A DNA stretch of 64,000 nucleotides from Eledone cirrhosa (taxonomy: Eukaryota), in NCBI GenBank assembly GCA_964016885.1, contig OZ024742.1, positions 177,258,001 through 177,322,000 of the forward strand, in the 5' to 3' direction. Numbering within the stretch: position 1 is the stretch's first letter; each line of letters starts with the position of its first letter. The position numbers and the translations under genes are program-made. Shown one piece after another: positions 59,017-64,000 of the stretch. Below the pieces are notes generated by a model. That model made no database searches. It worked only from the letters and a program-made list of their open reading frames with translations, and was not told the DNA's origin.

Positions 59017-59487
59017 ATTGGTGCTCTGAAATAGCGATGTATACATGAATGTATGTATAGTATATTTGGCAATATACTGTATGTTTAAATAAAAATATGT
59101 AGAAGAACATTCGCTATGAGATTTAAACTTTTAAAGATTATACAGAGCGATTGACGGTGCGCCAATCGCTCTGTATGATCAGCTACTGATTATTACTGGA
59201 ATTCTATAAGAATCCAGCTTCTACAATTATCGGCAAAGGCAGCGAGAAACAGACTGTCTGTCGATCACTCTCTGTTGTTATTTTTCGAAAATAAGTAAGT
59301 GACATAGTCACTACTTTAAAACTGATAGCGAATAGGCTTCTAAATATTTTAAATTACACATACAATTTATTGCCAAACATACTATAGACACATACACACA
59401 CACACACTCTAACACACACACACATATATATATAAATATATATATATATATACATATAACCACTGGCAGACCCACAAACGCACACGT

Positions 59488-59554
<67 letters not shown>

Positions 59555-59632
59555 GTAGGAGGTGAGTTTTATTGTAGTACAATAAATTCGCATAATAAAA
59601 TACATGGAACTCTTTTAACCATCTTTTGATTT

Positions 59633-59672
<40 letters not shown>

Positions 59673-59995
59673 TATTTGGCAATATACCGTATGTTTAATT
59701 AAAAACATTTAGAAGACCATACGCTATCGGTTTTAAAGTAGTGACTATGTCACTTCTTTTCGGCGAAAGAACTCAGAGAGGCTGACAGTCTGTTTCACGT
59801 TGGTTGGCGATTATCAGAGCCACACACACCCTCCTTCCGCCCTAAAATATAGAAGCTGGATTCTTATAGAATTCCAGTAATAATCAGGAGCTAATTATAC
59901 ATAGCGATTGCCGGTCCAGCAAAAATCTGGTATATGGATTGGTGCTCTGAAATACCGATCCATACATGAATGTATGTATAGTACATATGGCAATA
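59017..59995. repeat. Complex inverted + direct repeat (IR arms ~59163-59355 / 59697-59912; small hairpin 59137-59179; direct repeats 59017-59117 vs 59668-59727 and 59938-59995)
   Basis: ctgattattactggaattctataagaatccagcttcta / tagaagctggattcttatagaattccagtaataatcag, and agtgacatagtcactactttaaaac / gttttaaagtagtgactatgtcact. Confidence 0.8.
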
Positions 59996-60033
59996 TATAT
60001 ATATATATATGTATGTATATATATATTTTTTTC

Positions 60034-60516
60034 TTTAACATTCACATGACCCCTACCGACCAATCAAAATTGTTTTGACCACAAGAATTTTTTCATACAT
60101 TTGGAGCCACTTTTTTTACATAAAACATGTAGAATTTCCAAAACTAATCAGATTAGAGCAAACATCACGGGCGCTCTATCTCAAAATTATTTTTGAAAAG
60201 CATTAGAAATGCGCAACCGGTAAAACTTAAAACCAAAACTGAATACTAACTATTACTAATTTTTACTTATATATATATATTGGTAAAAGGAAAAGAAAAT
60301 GCTGACAAATTGTTCCCAGTGCCAAATATACTATATATATACTAATGCTTTTCAAAAATAATTTTGAGATAGAGCGCCCGTGATGTTTGCTCTAATCTGA
60401 TAAGTTTTGGAAATTCTACCTGTTTTATGTATAAAAAAAGTGGCGCCAGATGTATGAAAAAATTCTTGTGGTCAAAACAGTTTTGATTGGTCGGTAGAGG
60501 TTATGTGAATGTTAAA
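60034..60516. repeat. Inverted repeat with ~173-bp arms (60034-60206 / 60342-60516)
   Basis: agagcaaacatcacgggcgctctatctcaaaattatttttgaaaagcattag is mirrored exactly at 60342-60393. Confidence 0.88.
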
Positions 60517-61149
60517 AATATATTTTGCGCCAAATGTAGGTTTGCCTCGGCTGATTGAGAAGTCACTGAAAAATAAGTCTTTCAAGACAAATATATGTGT
60601 GCGTGTGTGTGTGTAGTAGTAGTAGTAAAGAGGTTCGTTGTTGTGATAATGGTCAGCAGGGATGTGTGTGCGAACCGCAGCCTGCTGACAGTTCAAATGC
60701 CTATTAAGACAAGTGTGTGTGTGTGTGTGTGTGTAGCAGAGTAATTAGTGGTAGAGGGATGGTCAGTAGGAATGTGTCTGTACGTGTATGGGGGATATTT
60801 TAACATGTTAAAAGATATTTTTCAGCTCTTGTCTTATACGGAGAAGTGTGTGTGTGTGTGTATATGTCTCTTTGTATGTTAATGTACGCGTGTGTATGTG
60901 TGTGTGTATATATGTGTGTGTGTGTGTATATATATGAGTGTGTGTGTGTGTGTATGTGTGTATATATGAGTGTGTGTGAATGTGTGTGTGTGGGGGAGGG
61001 GCAGTATTTTTGTGATACTGGTAAAAGTGGTGTACATTATTCGATATTTTCAGTAAAAACAATCCTCTCAATAGAACATCGACAACCTTAATAATAAATG
61101 GTGTGAAATGATATATAGTATTGTCATAAGACCAAGGTGTGTGTGAGTG

Positions 61150-61213
<64 letters not shown>

Positions 61214-61552
61214 CGTAATATATTTGCTAGCATAAGTATGCATCTATGTATATATATGTTACTAGATATATTAATTCTTTATAATTATCTCCAAATTATT
61301 TTGTCGAGCAAAAATTGGCCAAAACTGCTACTATAGTAACGGTCCGGCTGCTGTCTTCTTAACAAACCACTCTTCACTGATTGACCTCGATGTCACGTGA
61401 CTGATTCTTTTGAATTTGCCACTGACGCAGTAGGCAGTGATTTTTTCAATGGCTTGGAATTTAGTCCACGCTTTGCTTTTTTCCATCCACTGAATTATTT
61501 TTGTATAAGTTCCCTGTGTCCACGTATTGCCTGGAAACTTAGCTGAGAATTG

Positions 61553-61634
61553 ACTTCCCTGATGACGAAAGGCTTCTCCGTACGTTTCTTCGGAAACTAT
61601 GTTTATTCCCTTTCAGAAACTAATTAGTTGGAGT
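61553..61634 (+). ncRNA. Type I hammerhead ribozyme inside a ~460-bp non-coding unit bounded by ~66-bp direct repeats
   Basis: TTCC-CTGATGA-C-GAAAGG...CCTTTC-A-GAAAC-TAATTA-GTT-GGAG, with palindromic stem III ACTAATTAGT. Confidence 0.7.
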
Positions 61635-61800
61635 AAAATTTTAGTAAGTAAGTTAATTTTATAATTTTCTTATTTTACGTCTCTCATATTATTGTTCTGC
61701 ATCCCCATGCATTGAACCACATAGTTACTAAGACAAAACCTATATATTTGCTAGCATAAGTATGCATCTGTGTATATATATGTTACTAGATATATTAATT

Positions 61801-61857
<57 letters not shown>

Positions 61858-61860
<3 letters not shown>

Positions 61861-62595
61861 AAGCCAGAGACCTGGTGTTTCTCCAGTGCAAGGCGTATAC
61901 AATAGTCCACTACGATGATAAAAAGGTAGGGAGACAATGTATTTCCCTAGTGCACTCCACCCAGTATCTCAAAGAACTCCCATCAGGAGAGTTAAGGCGT
62001 AAAAGAGATATCGGATGCTGAATTTGCCGACGACATAGTTTTTGTGACAAATACAGTTAAGGGGGAAGAGGATTTGATGCAGGAGGTTGACAGTGTGTCG
62101 ATGAGTGTGGGGCTGAGAATGAATGAGACTAAAACAAAATATCAGGTAGAGAATGTTGAGAAGCCAGAGGGGATTACTAATGTTGGCGGGAAGCCGCTAG
62201 AATTGGTTGAGGATTTCCTGTATTTTGGAGCAATAATTGGGAATACGGAAGATGATGTGGTTGAGAGGAAGAGCAAAGCACGGGCGGCGTGCCACAGCTT
62301 GAGATCGGTGTGGAAGTCGGATCATCGTAAAGACCTGCAATTCCGCCTCTTCATTGCTGTATTTGAGTCTGTGCTGCTGTACGGGTCTGAGACTTGGACA
62401 CTGACCAAAAAACTCACTCATAAGGTGGATGGGTGCTACACGAGGATGCTTAGGATGGCTCTGAAGGTTAACGTATGTTGATGCCCTAAGGACAGACACT
62501 GGTCTGTTGGAGACGCAGGACATGGCAGCGATAATGAGGGACAGAGACCGCTGGAGAGAACTTGTCCACGTGTCTCGGGAATTTTACCCGCCCTA
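61858..62595 (+). mobile_element. RTE-clade LINE fragment with internal deletion
   Basis: FADDIV, DFLYFG, SVLLYGSETWTLT, GCYTRMLR, then a jump to the 3' end shared with 49389-49520. Confidence 0.85.
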
Positions 62596-62617
62596 GAAAA
62601 AAAAAATATATATATAT

Positions 62618-62819
62618 ATAACTAAGGAATTGTGGTAAGGATCCAGATGGACCACAGCGCACCAGAGTACTCAATAATTAGGGTTGTAGAGTGGGAAATA
62701 GGAAAAAGTATGACCCCGACGGCAGAGCTCAAGCCGTTTCGACGGCTATTTCTGGACGCGTCCAGAAAAAGCCGTCGAAACGGCTTGAGCTCTGCCGTCG
62801 GGGTCATACTTTTTCCTAT
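62618..62819 (-). mobile_element. Hairpin element family A: 122-bp palindrome (62698-62819) + unique tail, opposite orientation to 31721
   Basis: Centre is ggACGCGTcc. Tail aactaaggaattgtggtaagg..ggaccacagcgcacc..agtactcaat matches the reverse complement of 31843-31922. Confidence 0.9.
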
Positions 62820-63578
62820 ATATATATATATATATATGTACATATATATATGTACATATATATATATGTACATATATATGTACATATATATACATATATA
62901 TGTACATACACATATATAAATATATATAGAAAGAGAAATATATGAAGACTGAGATATATAGAGAGAGATAGAAATACAAATTCACATTCAAGCTGCATGA
63001 AGCATACAAAAATGCCTCTGCTTCATTATATATATATATGTGTCTGTGTGTGTTTGCGCGTGCGTGTGGGTGTGTGCATGGGTGTTTATACGTGTGTGTG
63101 TGTTTGTATATATGGTCGGATAGTTGTGTAGTTCTCCAACTCTTACCATAAAAAAAAACCTAATGTCAAATGTAATGAGTTATTGAGAAATGGAGGCACT
63201 TGTTTGAGATTTTTCCTGATTCCATGTGACTTATGATATTTATGGAAATCAATCTCAGTATATCTCTTGCTATATCAACCTATTTACTGTCTATATATCT
63301 ATTTATATACCTCTTTCGATATATATTTTAGTTACTTCGTGTTGATTCATCGTTGATCAATTTCGACCGACTATTGTAGAACATAATCTGAAAACCAGCA
63401 GCTCGATATATCATTAACATTATACAATCAGATGTTATCTAACGAAATCGTATATGTACTAATTACATCTAGTGTACAATTACGCAACAACACGCAGATG
63501 CCATTAAAATATGTATCACAGCTTTTTGTATAATATATTTAATGTAGGGAAGTAAAACTTTATTGCCTCTTACTTCCT

Positions 63579-63626
<48 letters not shown>

Positions 63627-64000
63627 GGGGAGTGTGTGTGCGTGTGTGTGGGGGTGTATATATATATATATATATATATATGAGTGTGTTTGTATTTTCC
63701 ATTGTTGCAGCTTCGTATAAATTGTGATTATTTATTTGATGACCACTTTTGTGATAATACATATATACACCTACAATATATGTGTGTATGACTTCATGAT
63801 ACTTACGTGTAGCTTTCAAAATATTTACTTCATCAACAAAATGTCGGCATAGAAATGCTGAATGCTGAGAAAGGCAGAATTCCATGAAAAGCCGAATTGT
63901 ATGAGAACAGTAGCACATTCAGGAATAATTCTTTGAATAGCACTTTTCATTTACAGTTTAATTATTGGTTCCATTCACATTATCACGCAGCATGTGCATG

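Noticed and set aside
63780-63950. Possible minus-strand exon ending at a GTAAGT donor (~63805)
   Set aside because: No recognisable protein similarity, acceptor or partner exons can be supported from the sequence alone.

Overview
AT-rich eukaryotic (animal) intergenic or intronic DNA with no recognisable host protein-coding gene. The repeat landscape of (TA)n/(TG)n/(TATG)n tracts, Penelope, RTE, R4/Dong, Tx1 and tRNA-SINEs resembles octopus/cephalopod genomes, which is an inference. Contents: a near full-length frameshifted L1/Tx1 ORF2 (337-3970), a near full-length R4/Dong-type REL retrotransposon (53690-57835, -), RTE fragments including one with three C-terminal C2H2 fingers plus a dimeric bipartite non-autonomous RTE derivative, at least six Penelope-like (PLE) RT/GIY-YIG relics, two tRNA-derived SINE families, a decayed Chapaev3-like transposase and a ~44-copy 62-bp satellite. 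The most striking pattern is about a dozen long palindromes or inverted repeats embedded in (TA)n. Most are built from PLE terminal (pLTR) sequence carrying type-I hammerhead ribozyme motifs. In one ~200-bp family the arms match perfectly within each copy but differ between copies, suggesting fold-back (self-primed) copying during retrotransposition. All folds and alignments were read by eye and not computed.
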